Assembly (NCBI GenBank): GCA_964355115.1
Contig: CAYHCQ010000003.1
Span: 1 to 42,644 of the forward strand
DNA from: an uncultured Prolixibacteraceae bacterium
GTDB lineage: Bacteria; Bacteroidota; Bacteroidia; Bacteroidales; FEN-979
Direction: 5' to 3'
DNA: 42,644 nt
Both the position numbers and the translations under genes were made by a program. The notes beneath the pieces are model-generated. The model ran no database searches and was not told the origin of the DNA. It saw nothing but the letters and a program-made list of their open reading frames with translations. Positions 1 to 7,290 of this stretch are shown piece after piece (the first letter of the stretch is position 1; the number at the start of each line of letters is the position of its first letter).

Positions 1-1129
1 CATCAACATATTTCGACCTGTTCTCCATCTGTCTGTCCATTTCCGCCTCCTGTTTCTTGGCAGTGCAAGGCATGACAGAGACAACAAAGACATTTTCAGC
101 TTTCTGCCCGGCAGAACTTGTGATATAATTTTTAATAATCCTGCCCATGATCTGCTGCGGCGACCGGGTGGAGGAAAGGTTCCCCAGAAGGTCGGGGCGC
201 TGGTCTTCAATGTACCTTACCCAGGATGGACAGCTGCTGGTAAACAGCGGAAGTCTCTCTTTTTCATTAAGCCGTTCAACAAATTCGGCAGCCTCTTCCA
301 TGATGGCTATGTCGCTGGCCATCGACACGTCGAAAACCAGGCGGAAACCCATTGACTTGAAAGCAGAACGCAGAAGGTTAAGAATGTCTTTGCTCGCCTT
401 GAGGTTGAACTCCTCTGCAATGGCAGCGGGAACCGTTGGTGAAAACTGGATAACCGGGTAACATTCAGGGTTGTTTAATGCATCAATAACCGCATGAAGG
501 CTTGATTTTTCTGTCAGCGCCGCGGTTGGGCACGACATGATGCACTGCCCGCATTTCACACAGCTTGTGAAATTAAGACCTTTGTTGTACGTCGTACCGA
601 TCCGGCTTTCACTTCCCCTGCCAATCACATCGATGGCAGAAATACCGATCACCTCATCGCACACTCTGATGCAGTGTCCGCAAAGAATACATTTTGCGGG
701 ATCGCGTTCAATGCTGGAACAAGCCCTGTCAATCTGGATATTCTGACGTTTGGTCTGGTATTTTCGTTCACGGATATTAAATTCCGCTGCCAGGTCCTGC
801 AACTCACAATTACCATTCCGGTCGCAATAGAGACAGTCGTCGGGATGGCTTGCCAGAAGCAATTCAACAAGCGTCCTCCTGGCTTTCAGAACCCGTGGCG
901 AGTGTGTTTTTATTTTCATCCACTCCTCCACCGGGTGCGAACACGCAGGAACAAGGCCTTCCATGCCGTCGACCTCAACAACACACATGCGACAGCCGCC
1001 GGTTGGTGAGAAGCCGGGCATATAACAGAGCGTTGGTACCTTAACGCCCACCCGGCCAAGAACCTCCATGATGGTTTCTCCCCGTTTGGCGACAACCTGC
1101 TGGTCGTTAATTTCAATATTAAATAGCAT
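1..1129 (-). CDS. hydA: [FeFe]-hydrogenase catalytic subunit, paralog 1 (5' partial in window; first ~376 aa, runs off left edge)
   Basis: Not in the ORF track. My translation of the minus strand from ATG at 1129 gives MLFNIEINDQQVVAKRGETIMEVLGRVGVKVPTLCYMPGFSPTGGCRMCVVEV... It has a 2Fe-2S ferredoxin-like N-terminus, HPDDCLYCDRNGNCELQ, two 4Fe-4S motifs (CILCGHCIRVC, CVKCGQCIMSCP), an L1-like TSSCPSW and an L2 MPCTAKKQE. The frame is open to base 1. Confidence 0.9.
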   Translation of the reverse strand, partial: MLFNIEINDQQVVAKRGETIMEVLGRVGVKVPTLCYMPGFSPTGGCRMCVVEVDGMEGLVPACSHPVEEWMKIKTHSPRVLKARRTLVELLLASHPDDCLYCDRNGNCELQDLAAEFNIRERKYQTKRQNIQIDRACSSIERDPAKCILCGHCIRVCDEVIGISAIDVIGRGSESRIGTTYNKGLNFTSCVKCGQCIMSCPTAALTEKSSLHAVIDALNNPECYPVIQFSPTVPAAIAEEFNLKASKDILNLLRSAFKSMGFRLVFDVSMASDIAIMEEAAEFVERLNEKERLPLFTSSCPSWVRYIEDQRPDLLGNLSSTRSPQQIMGRIIKNYITSSAGQKAENVFVVSVMPCTAKKQEAEMDRQMENRSKYVD

Positions 1130-1137
1130 CTCAGGTG

Positions 1138-3087
1138 TTATTTAAAGTAAATAGCGCTGAATTTACAACTCTCAAAACATAGTCCGCATCCTGTACACTT
1201 CGATTCAACAATAAAATGCGGCATCTTCGGTGAACCGATGATGGCGTTTTCCGGACATTTTTTCTGACAGATGTTACATCCGGTGCAAAGGTCAACTTCA
1301 ATAAAAAAGGTTCTCAGGTCGTGGCAAACGCCTGCTTTGCATTTACGGTCGAAGATATGCTCCTCATACTCGTCGCGAAACCATTTGAGCGAGCTGAGTA
1401 TGGGATTAGGGGCATTCTGCCCGAGTCCGCACAATGAGGTATCACGAATGACCTCGGCCAGGCTTTCAAGCTGAACAACTCCTTTGAACCGCTCCAGGGT
1501 CTCATGCGACGATTCTTCCTTAGGCCTTCGGGTGATCCCTTCCAGTATCTCAAGCATCCTCTTTGTGCCTTCCCGGCAGGGGATGCATTTACCACAACTC
1601 TCTTTCTGCAGAAAATTAAGAAAATACCTCGAAAGGCTTACCATGCACGACTCTTCATCCAGTACAATAAATCCGCCCAGACCTACCTGGGCACCAATCT
1701 CCCTGAGGGATTCAAAACCGATCTCTGTTTCCATATCAGCAGGTGCAATAAACACACCCGACGGACCGCCTATGTGAACTGCTTTCAGTTTCTTGTCATT
1801 TTTAATACCTCCTGCAATCTCATTAACGATATCATTGATTTTAATCCCCATGGGGATCTCGATAAACCCGGTTCTTAATGATTTTCCCGCAATACTGAAA
1901 ACTTTGGTGCCTTTGCTCTCCTTCGTTCCTATTGATCTGAACCACTGGGGACCATTTTCCATGATCGACGGCACATTGGCAAGAGTCTCCACATTGTTGA
2001 CTATTGTCGGATAACCAAACAGCCCCTTTTCAGCAGGATAGGGTGGCTTTGCCTGGGGAATGCCTCTGCGCCCTTCGATACTGGAGATGAGGGCGGTCTC
2101 CTCTCCGCAAACGAAAGCTCCGGCTCCCTTTCGTAACAGGATGCTCAGGTTGAATCCGCTTCCAAAGATATTCTCTCCGATAAATCCGTACTCCCTGGCC
2201 TGTTGCAACGCATGTTCCAGCAGGGTAAGGGATTGTTCATAGTCGGAACGTACATATATGTATGCCTTGGTTGCACCGATTGCATAAGCAGCAATGGCAA
2301 CCCCTTCAAGAACCCGGTGTGGATCACCTTCAATAATGGCACGGTCCATAAAAGCGCCCGGATCGCTTTCATCGGCATTGCAAATAAGGTATTTCTGGTC
2401 ACTGCCGGCATTAAATGCAACGCGCCATTTTTTGCCCGTAAGATAACCGCCACCACCACGGCCCCGGAGTTCGCTCTGTTCAATAATCTCACAAACCTTG
2501 TCGGCGGTATAATTCAGTACGGTTTTATACAGGGGCTTATACCCGCCCCGCGAAAGGTAATCGTCGATGGAGTAAGGGGAGATGATGCCGGCGTGGCGTA
2601 GCAGCACACGATGCTGATGCGCGAAAAACGGGAGCAGATCCATGTAGGTCACATTGGGCCAGTCTTCCTGCCCTGCCTGTTTATACTGTCCAACCACCGT
2701 CTCTTCAACCAGGGTATGGTGAAAGGCTGAGTTCAACAGGTCATCGACCTTGTCTTCCGTTGCCTTCCTGAAGGATACTCTCGTTTTTCCCGGTAATTGC
2801 ACATCCAGCAGTGGCTCTGCTGAACATAAGCCCGTGCAGCCCACACGTATCAGATCGACGTCAAGCCCGTTTTCGCTTATGTATCTCTCAGCCGCATCAT
2901 AAGTCTTTGCAGCGCCTGCTATCAGCCCGCAGGTTCCCATCCCGACAAAGATTGCAGGGCGGGTGATCTTTTCCCTCCGGAGCAGTGAAAGTCTTTCTGA
3001 CGTAGCCTGGTCGAAAATACCGGAATAGTTTTTTAGTACCTTCTCTGTCAGGAAGTCTTTTGCCGGTGAAGTGATTGGTAACGCCAT
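1138..3087 (-). CDS. hydB: NuoF-like flavoprotein subunit of multimeric [FeFe]-hydrogenase, with fused N-terminal thioredoxin-like [2Fe-2S] domain and C-terminal 2x[4Fe-4S] ferredoxin domain
   Basis: 649 aa. Motifs: GMGTCGLIAG...VGCTGLCSAEP (Trx-like 2Fe-2S), RGRGGGGY (FMN), CNADESDPGAFMDR (NADH), ESCGKCIPCREG...SLCGLGQ (N3-type cluster), and C-terminal CTGCNICQKKCP and CTGCGLCFESC. Confidence 0.9.
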   Translation of the reverse strand: MALPITSPAKDFLTEKVLKNYSGIFDQATSERLSLLRREKITRPAIFVGMGTCGLIAGAAKTYDAAERYISENGLDVDLIRVGCTGLCSAEPLLDVQLPGKTRVSFRKATEDKVDDLLNSAFHHTLVEETVVGQYKQAGQEDWPNVTYMDLLPFFAHQHRVLLRHAGIISPYSIDDYLSRGGYKPLYKTVLNYTADKVCEIIEQSELRGRGGGGYLTGKKWRVAFNAGSDQKYLICNADESDPGAFMDRAIIEGDPHRVLEGVAIAAYAIGATKAYIYVRSDYEQSLTLLEHALQQAREYGFIGENIFGSGFNLSILLRKGAGAFVCGEETALISSIEGRRGIPQAKPPYPAEKGLFGYPTIVNNVETLANVPSIMENGPQWFRSIGTKESKGTKVFSIAGKSLRTGFIEIPMGIKINDIVNEIAGGIKNDKKLKAVHIGGPSGVFIAPADMETEIGFESLREIGAQVGLGGFIVLDEESCMVSLSRYFLNFLQKESCGKCIPCREGTKRMLEILEGITRRPKEESSHETLERFKGVVQLESLAEVIRDTSLCGLGQNAPNPILSSLKWFRDEYEEHIFDRKCKAGVCHDLRTFFIEVDLCTGCNICQKKCPENAIIGSPKMPHFIVESKCTGCGLCFESCKFSAIYFK

Positions 3088-3088
3088 A

Positions 3089-3553
3089 CTATTCGGTTTT
3101 TTCTTTAACAGTGCGGATTATTTTCAGTAAATCTTCCGGAGTTACACGCGGATAATAGGTGTCGTTAACTTTTAATACAGGGGCCTGTTCGCAGGCACCC
3201 AGACAGTTCACTACCTCAAGACTGAACCTGCGGTCGCGGGAAGTTGTACCTGCCTTTATTTTCAGATGCTTCTCAATTTCGTTCAGAAATGTTGATGCAC
3301 CAAAAAGATGGCAGGTGGTTCCATGGCATATGCGAAAATGATACTGCCCCACAGAGCGAAACCGGAATTGGTCATAAAAAGCCGCAACCCCGTAAATCTT
3401 GTTGATAGGGATGTTCAGGTATTTCCCGATCTTCTCCAGGGCCTCTTCAGTAAGATATCCCTGCTGCTTTTGTACCTCCTGCAGAATCGGGATTAACCCG
3501 TCTTTTTTTTGGGGAGGGAACAATGGCAGGATTTTTTCGACAATCTCTTCCAT
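3089..3553 (-). CDS. hydC: NuoE-like [2Fe-2S] subunit of multimeric [FeFe]-hydrogenase
   Basis: 154 aa. It has ICHGTTCHLFG and VNCLGACEQAP (Cx4C...Cx3C NuoE pattern). There is a 1-nt gap to the downstream NuoF-like gene. Confidence 0.9.
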   Translation of the reverse strand: MEEIVEKILPLFPPQKKDGLIPILQEVQKQQGYLTEEALEKIGKYLNIPINKIYGVAAFYDQFRFRSVGQYHFRICHGTTCHLFGASTFLNEIEKHLKIKAGTTSRDRRFSLEVVNCLGACEQAPVLKVNDTYYPRVTPEDLLKIIRTVKEKTE

Positions 3554-3581
3554 ATGTAGCTGTAAGACTATAAACTAATTA

Positions 3582-3589
3582 CAAAAATA
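3582..3589 (-). promoter_or_regulatory. Candidate Bacteroidota -7 box (TATTTTTG on minus strand) for hydC-hydB-hydA operon 1
   Basis: It matches TAnnTTTG, 29 nt upstream of the ATG at 3553. This is a motif match only. Confidence 0.3.
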
Positions 3590-3637
3590 TGACAAAAATT
3601 CTAAATATGACAGAATTATCTGTGAAATATTTATCAA

Positions 3638-3653
3638 TGTGAATAAATAAACA
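3638..3653. promoter_or_regulatory. 16-nt motif TGTGAATAAATAAACA, shared (15/16) with 18115..18130
   Basis: Direct sequence comparison of the two hydrogenase upstream regions. A second TGTGAA lies at 3621..3626. Confidence 0.4.
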
Positions 3654-3719
3654 GGAAACCATATTTGAAATTTATCGTAAAATCTTCTGAAAGTCTGCCC
3701 GTTTCACCGGATATATTCC

Positions 3720-3727
3720 TATTTTTG
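3720..3727 (+). promoter_or_regulatory. Candidate -7 box (TATTTTTG) for the HydS-like/PP2C operon
   Basis: It matches TAnnTTTG but lies only 5 nt upstream of the ATG at 3733, which would imply a near-leaderless transcript. This is a motif match only. Confidence 0.25.
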
Positions 3728-3732
3728 ACAGT

Positions 3733-5598
3733 ATGAAGAGTCCTCTTTTTGAGATACACCAGGAAACCTGCATCAAATGTTACTCATGTGTGAGGATTTG
3801 CCCTGTAAAAGCAATCAGGGTGGATGTAAATACCGAATTTCCTTCGATTATCAATGAACGGTGCATCGGTTGCGGAAGCTGTTTCAGTGCATGCTCGCCG
3901 GGAGCCATCTCATACCGGAGTTCAATTGAGGAGGCCAGAGCGATCCTTGCATCCGGGGAAAAAGTGGCAGCCATTTGCGATCCTACAATTTCAGGGGAGT
4001 TTCACGACATCACCGACTACCGGAAATTTGTTGAGATGATCAAGCATCTGGGTTTTGCTTATGTCAGCGAAGTCTCGTTCGGAGTTGACCTGGTTGCAGC
4101 TAAATACAAGGAGCTATTCGAAAATTTCAAGGGCAAATATCACATAACGGCAAATTGCCCGTCGGTGGTGGCATTCATCGAGAAATATTACCCCGACCTC
4201 ATAAGAAACCTGGCGCCAATCGTATCGCCCATGGTGGCAGCTGCCAAGGTGGTCAGGCAAAAGTACGGACAGGAACTTAAGGTCATTTATATCGGCCCGC
4301 TCATATCGACAAAGGAAGAGGCATTGCGATACGATGGCGATGCAAGGATTGACTCAGTACTGACCTTTGTTGAACTGCGAACCCTTTTTGCTGAATTCAA
4401 TATTAGGGAAAGTCAGGTTGAATTTTCGGAATTCGATGCGCCTCTTGGATATAAAGGATCGCTTTATCCAATCAGTAACGGTATTTTACAGGCTGCAGAG
4501 ATAAATGAAGACCTGCTTACCGGAAACGTCATAACCACTGAGGGAAGAAACAACATGGTTGATGCGGTACGTGAATTCGATACACGTATTGACCTCATCA
4601 GGCGGCATTTTAACATCTTCTACGATGAAGGGTGCCTGATGGGTCCAGGCACTTCTCCGGGAGGCGAAAAATTTCTCAGGATGACACTTGTGACCGATTA
4701 TGCAAACAAAAGGTTAAGCACATTCGACAAGGTGAAGTGGCTTGAGGAAGTTGCATCCTTCGCAAACCTCGACCTTTCCAGGAATTTTACGGCCGACGAC
4801 CAGCGCTTGCCCATTCCGCCGGATGAGAAAATAGAGGAGGTGCTTAAAATGATCAACCGCGAAGGGCAGATGCACAACGAAATCGGGTGTGAGGCCTGCG
4901 GCTATACGAATTGCCGTGAATTCGCAATTGCCATTGCCCAGGGACTGGCGACCACTGAGATGTGTCATGTTTTCAGCGGCCGGAACCGCCAGGAGTATAT
5001 CAGAACGCTGCGATCCACAAACGACAAACTGGCAAAAACAAAGACCGCCCTGAAAGAATCGGAGGAGCGTGCCACACAGGAGCAGGAATCGCAGAAAGAA
5101 TCCGGTGATATCATCTCTGCGATGCTTCAGAAGCTGCTTTCGGGTGTGGTCATCGTGGATGAAAATTTGAAGATCATCAAGTCGAACCAGGCTTTTGTCA
5201 GGATACTAGGGGAGGAGGCCGCCCTGGTTGATGAAGTGATCCCGGGTTTGATCGGGGCCGACCTGAAAACCCTTCTGCCTGTCCATTTTTACAAGATGTT
5301 CTCCTATGTGCTCTCAACCAATGAAACTATCGAGAACAAGGATGTCATTTTCGGTGATACAAAACTCGGAGTCTCCCTGTTCCCGATCCGCAGTAACAAA
5401 TATGTGGGAGGTATACTCCGCGATATGTACGTGCCTGAAGTGCGCAAGGAGCAGATTATAAACCGACTTTCGGAAGTTATTGACGAGAATTTCGATATGG
5501 TGCAGAAAATCGCATACCTTCTCGGGGAGGGAGCGGCAAAGACTGAACAGATGCTTAACTCCATCATTGAATCACACCGTGATCAGCCCAAGAAATAA
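3733..5598 (+). CDS. HydS-like putative sensory protein: 2x[4Fe-4S] ferredoxin domain, [FeFe]-hydrogenase-like H-domain with incomplete Cys set, Cx2Cx4Cx16C motif, PAS domain
   Basis: 621 aa. It carries CIKCYSCVRICP and CIGCGSCFSACSP. The H-domain is colinear with the HydA paralogs in this window (ITANCPSVVAFIEKYYPDL versus LTSCCPGWVNFFEHNFPEM). It then has CEACGYTNCREFAIAIAQGLATTEMC and a PAS-like segment (VVIVDENLKIIKSNQAFVRILG...). Confidence 0.8.
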   Translation: MKSPLFEIHQETCIKCYSCVRICPVKAIRVDVNTEFPSIINERCIGCGSCFSACSPGAISYRSSIEEARAILASGEKVAAICDPTISGEFHDITDYRKFVEMIKHLGFAYVSEVSFGVDLVAAKYKELFENFKGKYHITANCPSVVAFIEKYYPDLIRNLAPIVSPMVAAAKVVRQKYGQELKVIYIGPLISTKEEALRYDGDARIDSVLTFVELRTLFAEFNIRESQVEFSEFDAPLGYKGSLYPISNGILQAAEINEDLLTGNVITTEGRNNMVDAVREFDTRIDLIRRHFNIFYDEGCLMGPGTSPGGEKFLRMTLVTDYANKRLSTFDKVKWLEEVASFANLDLSRNFTADDQRLPIPPDEKIEEVLKMINREGQMHNEIGCEACGYTNCREFAIAIAQGLATTEMCHVFSGRNRQEYIRTLRSTNDKLAKTKTALKESEERATQEQESQKESGDIISAMLQKLLSGVVIVDENLKIIKSNQAFVRILGEEAALVDEVIPGLIGADLKTLLPVHFYKMFSYVLSTNETIENKDVIFGDTKLGVSLFPIRSNKYVGGILRDMYVPEVRKEQIINRLSEVIDENFDMVQKIAYLLGEGAAKTEQMLNSIIESHRDQPKK

Positions 5599-5609
5599 AG
5601 TTTTCCGCC

Positions 5610-6794
5610 GTGGATGAAAAATTCTATATTGAGGTAAACTGTCAGCAGAAATGCCATGGCGATGCAAGGATATGCGGGGATGTTTTCATCTCGCGGCGCA
5701 TCATGGAGGAGGGGCGTATCATCGTTGTTCTCTCCGACGGACTGGGACATGGAATCAAGGCAAACATGCTCGGTACGCTTACTGCCACCATGGCGGTTAA
5801 TTTCACCCAGGAGCATAAGGAGGTGCGGAAAATCGCTGAGATCATCATGAATACCCTCCCCCTCGACAGTGTTAAGCAGCTTAACTATTCCACTTTTACT
5901 GTGGTTGAGATTGATGTTGACGGGGAGGTGCGGATTCTGGAATATGACAACCCGAAAACGATCATTTTACGAGGTTCACATATATTTGAACCTGCGTGGA
6001 ATTGCGTACTGCTGGAAGGCCCGAAAAACAAGGGCAAGGATGTGCTCACAACCTCTTTCAGGCCCCAGAAAGAGGACCGTATTATTTTCTGCTCTGACGG
6101 CGTGGTGCAATCGGGGCTGGGAAGTGACAAATTTCCTTTGGGATTCGGGTCAGAAAATCTTGAAATCCTTGTGACGGAAGCGGTTCGCGAAGAGCATGAT
6201 ATTTCCGCCGTGAAACTTGCCGGGAAGGTGATCGATAAGGCCAACTTTAACGATAATTACCATCCGAAGGACGATATATCCTGTGCTGTCGTATATTTTC
6301 GTGAACCCAGAAAACTGATGATCTGTTCTGGCCCTCCGCAGAACCCTGAGAATGACGCCATGTTTTGTGGCATTCTGAAACAGTTTCAGGGCAAGAAAAT
6401 AATCTGTGGTGCTACAACTGGCGATATGGTAGCCAGGGAATGGGGAGGAAAGATCATCGATTCACAGGTTAAACTGGATCCGGAACTTCCTCCGGTATCG
6501 AACATGGAAGGCGTCGACCTGATCACGGAAGGTATTCTGACGCTAAGTAAGGTTAGTGAGTTGCTTAAAAAGTACAACAATAACTTTAAACTGGGGAAAG
6601 GACCTGCCGATGAAATCGTGAGCTGCCTCCTCGACTGCGACGAAATTCACTTTCATGTGGGAACAGGCATCAATGTTGCCCATCAGGATCCCACACTTCC
6701 TGTGGAGCTGGAATTGAGAAGAACGGTGGTGCACCGGATCAAACGAACCCTGGAGGAGAAATTTCTTAAAGAGGTCACGATGCGGTTTTATTAG
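5610..6794 (+). CDS. SpoIIE/PP2C-family serine phosphatase with ~160-aa uncharacterised C-terminal domain
   Basis: 394 aa with a GTG start 11 nt after the upstream stop. PP2C/SpoIIE signatures: GDVFISRR, VVLSDGLGHGIKANMLG, IFCSDGVVQSG, DDISCAVVYF. Confidence 0.85.
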   Translation: MDEKFYIEVNCQQKCHGDARICGDVFISRRIMEEGRIIVVLSDGLGHGIKANMLGTLTATMAVNFTQEHKEVRKIAEIIMNTLPLDSVKQLNYSTFTVVEIDVDGEVRILEYDNPKTIILRGSHIFEPAWNCVLLEGPKNKGKDVLTTSFRPQKEDRIIFCSDGVVQSGLGSDKFPLGFGSENLEILVTEAVREEHDISAVKLAGKVIDKANFNDNYHPKDDISCAVVYFREPRKLMICSGPPQNPENDAMFCGILKQFQGKKIICGATTGDMVAREWGGKIIDSQVKLDPELPPVSNMEGVDLITEGILTLSKVSELLKKYNNNFKLGKGPADEIVSCLLDCDEIHFHVGTGINVAHQDPTLPVELELRRTVVHRIKRTLEEKFLKEVTMRFY

Positions 6795-7264
6795 TATTCT
6801 GCAACAATATCCTGAACGCCGTCGGTAGAAACGCGGCCGTATACTTTTTCCCCAACCATCACCACCGGAGCAAGTCCACATGCCCCCACACAACGGAGGC
6901 AACTCAATGAGAACTTTCCGTCGGGGGTGGTCTCCCCAACCTGTATCTTCAGCTGACGTTTGAATTCTTCCAGCACTTTCTCAGCTCCTCTTACGTAGCA
7001 GGCAGTTCCCAGACAGATTGAGATCGGGTACCTTCCTTTCGGAATCATCGTAAAGAAAGAATAGAAAGTGACCACACCATAAACATGTGCCACCGACAAA
7101 TTCAGCTCTTTCGCAATCACCTCCTGTACTTCGGCCGGGAGATATCCGAAAATACTTTGTGCTTTGTGCAAAACATTGATTAGTTCACCCTTCTCATTGT
7201 TGAAGGACTTACAAACATCTTTCAATTCCTGCAATTTTCTGTCTGATAACTTGATCTTTGCCAT
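6791..7264 (-). CDS. NuoE-like [2Fe-2S] subunit, hydrogenase operon 2 (last gene)
   Basis: 157 aa with ICLGTACYVRG and CLRCVGACGLAP. Its stop codon overlaps the stop of the convergent phosphatase gene. Confidence 0.9.
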   Translation of the reverse strand: MAKIKLSDRKLQELKDVCKSFNNEKGELINVLHKAQSIFGYLPAEVQEVIAKELNLSVAHVYGVVTFYSFFTMIPKGRYPISICLGTACYVRGAEKVLEEFKRQLKIQVGETTPDGKFSLSCLRCVGACGLAPVVMVGEKVYGRVSTDGVQDIVAEY

Positions 7265-7290
7265 TTCACTAAGTTTTTTCGAAATTTAGG

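Noticed and set aside
147-1116. Several ORF-track entries (both strands) in the first 1.1 kb
   Set aside because: The minus strand, in the frame starting at the ATG at 1129, encodes a continuous [FeFe]-hydrogenase N-terminal half that the ORF track omits because it runs off the window. The listed ORFs lie in other frames or on the opposite strand and are spurious.
3621-3636. TGTGAAATATTTATCA as a Rex (TTGTGAA-N6-TTCACAA) or CRP/FNR (TGTGA-N6-TCACA) operator
   Set aside because: Only the left half-site matches. The right half (TATCA/TTATCA) matches 3/5 or 4/6. That is not enough to assign a regulator family, so I kept it only as part of the repeat observation.
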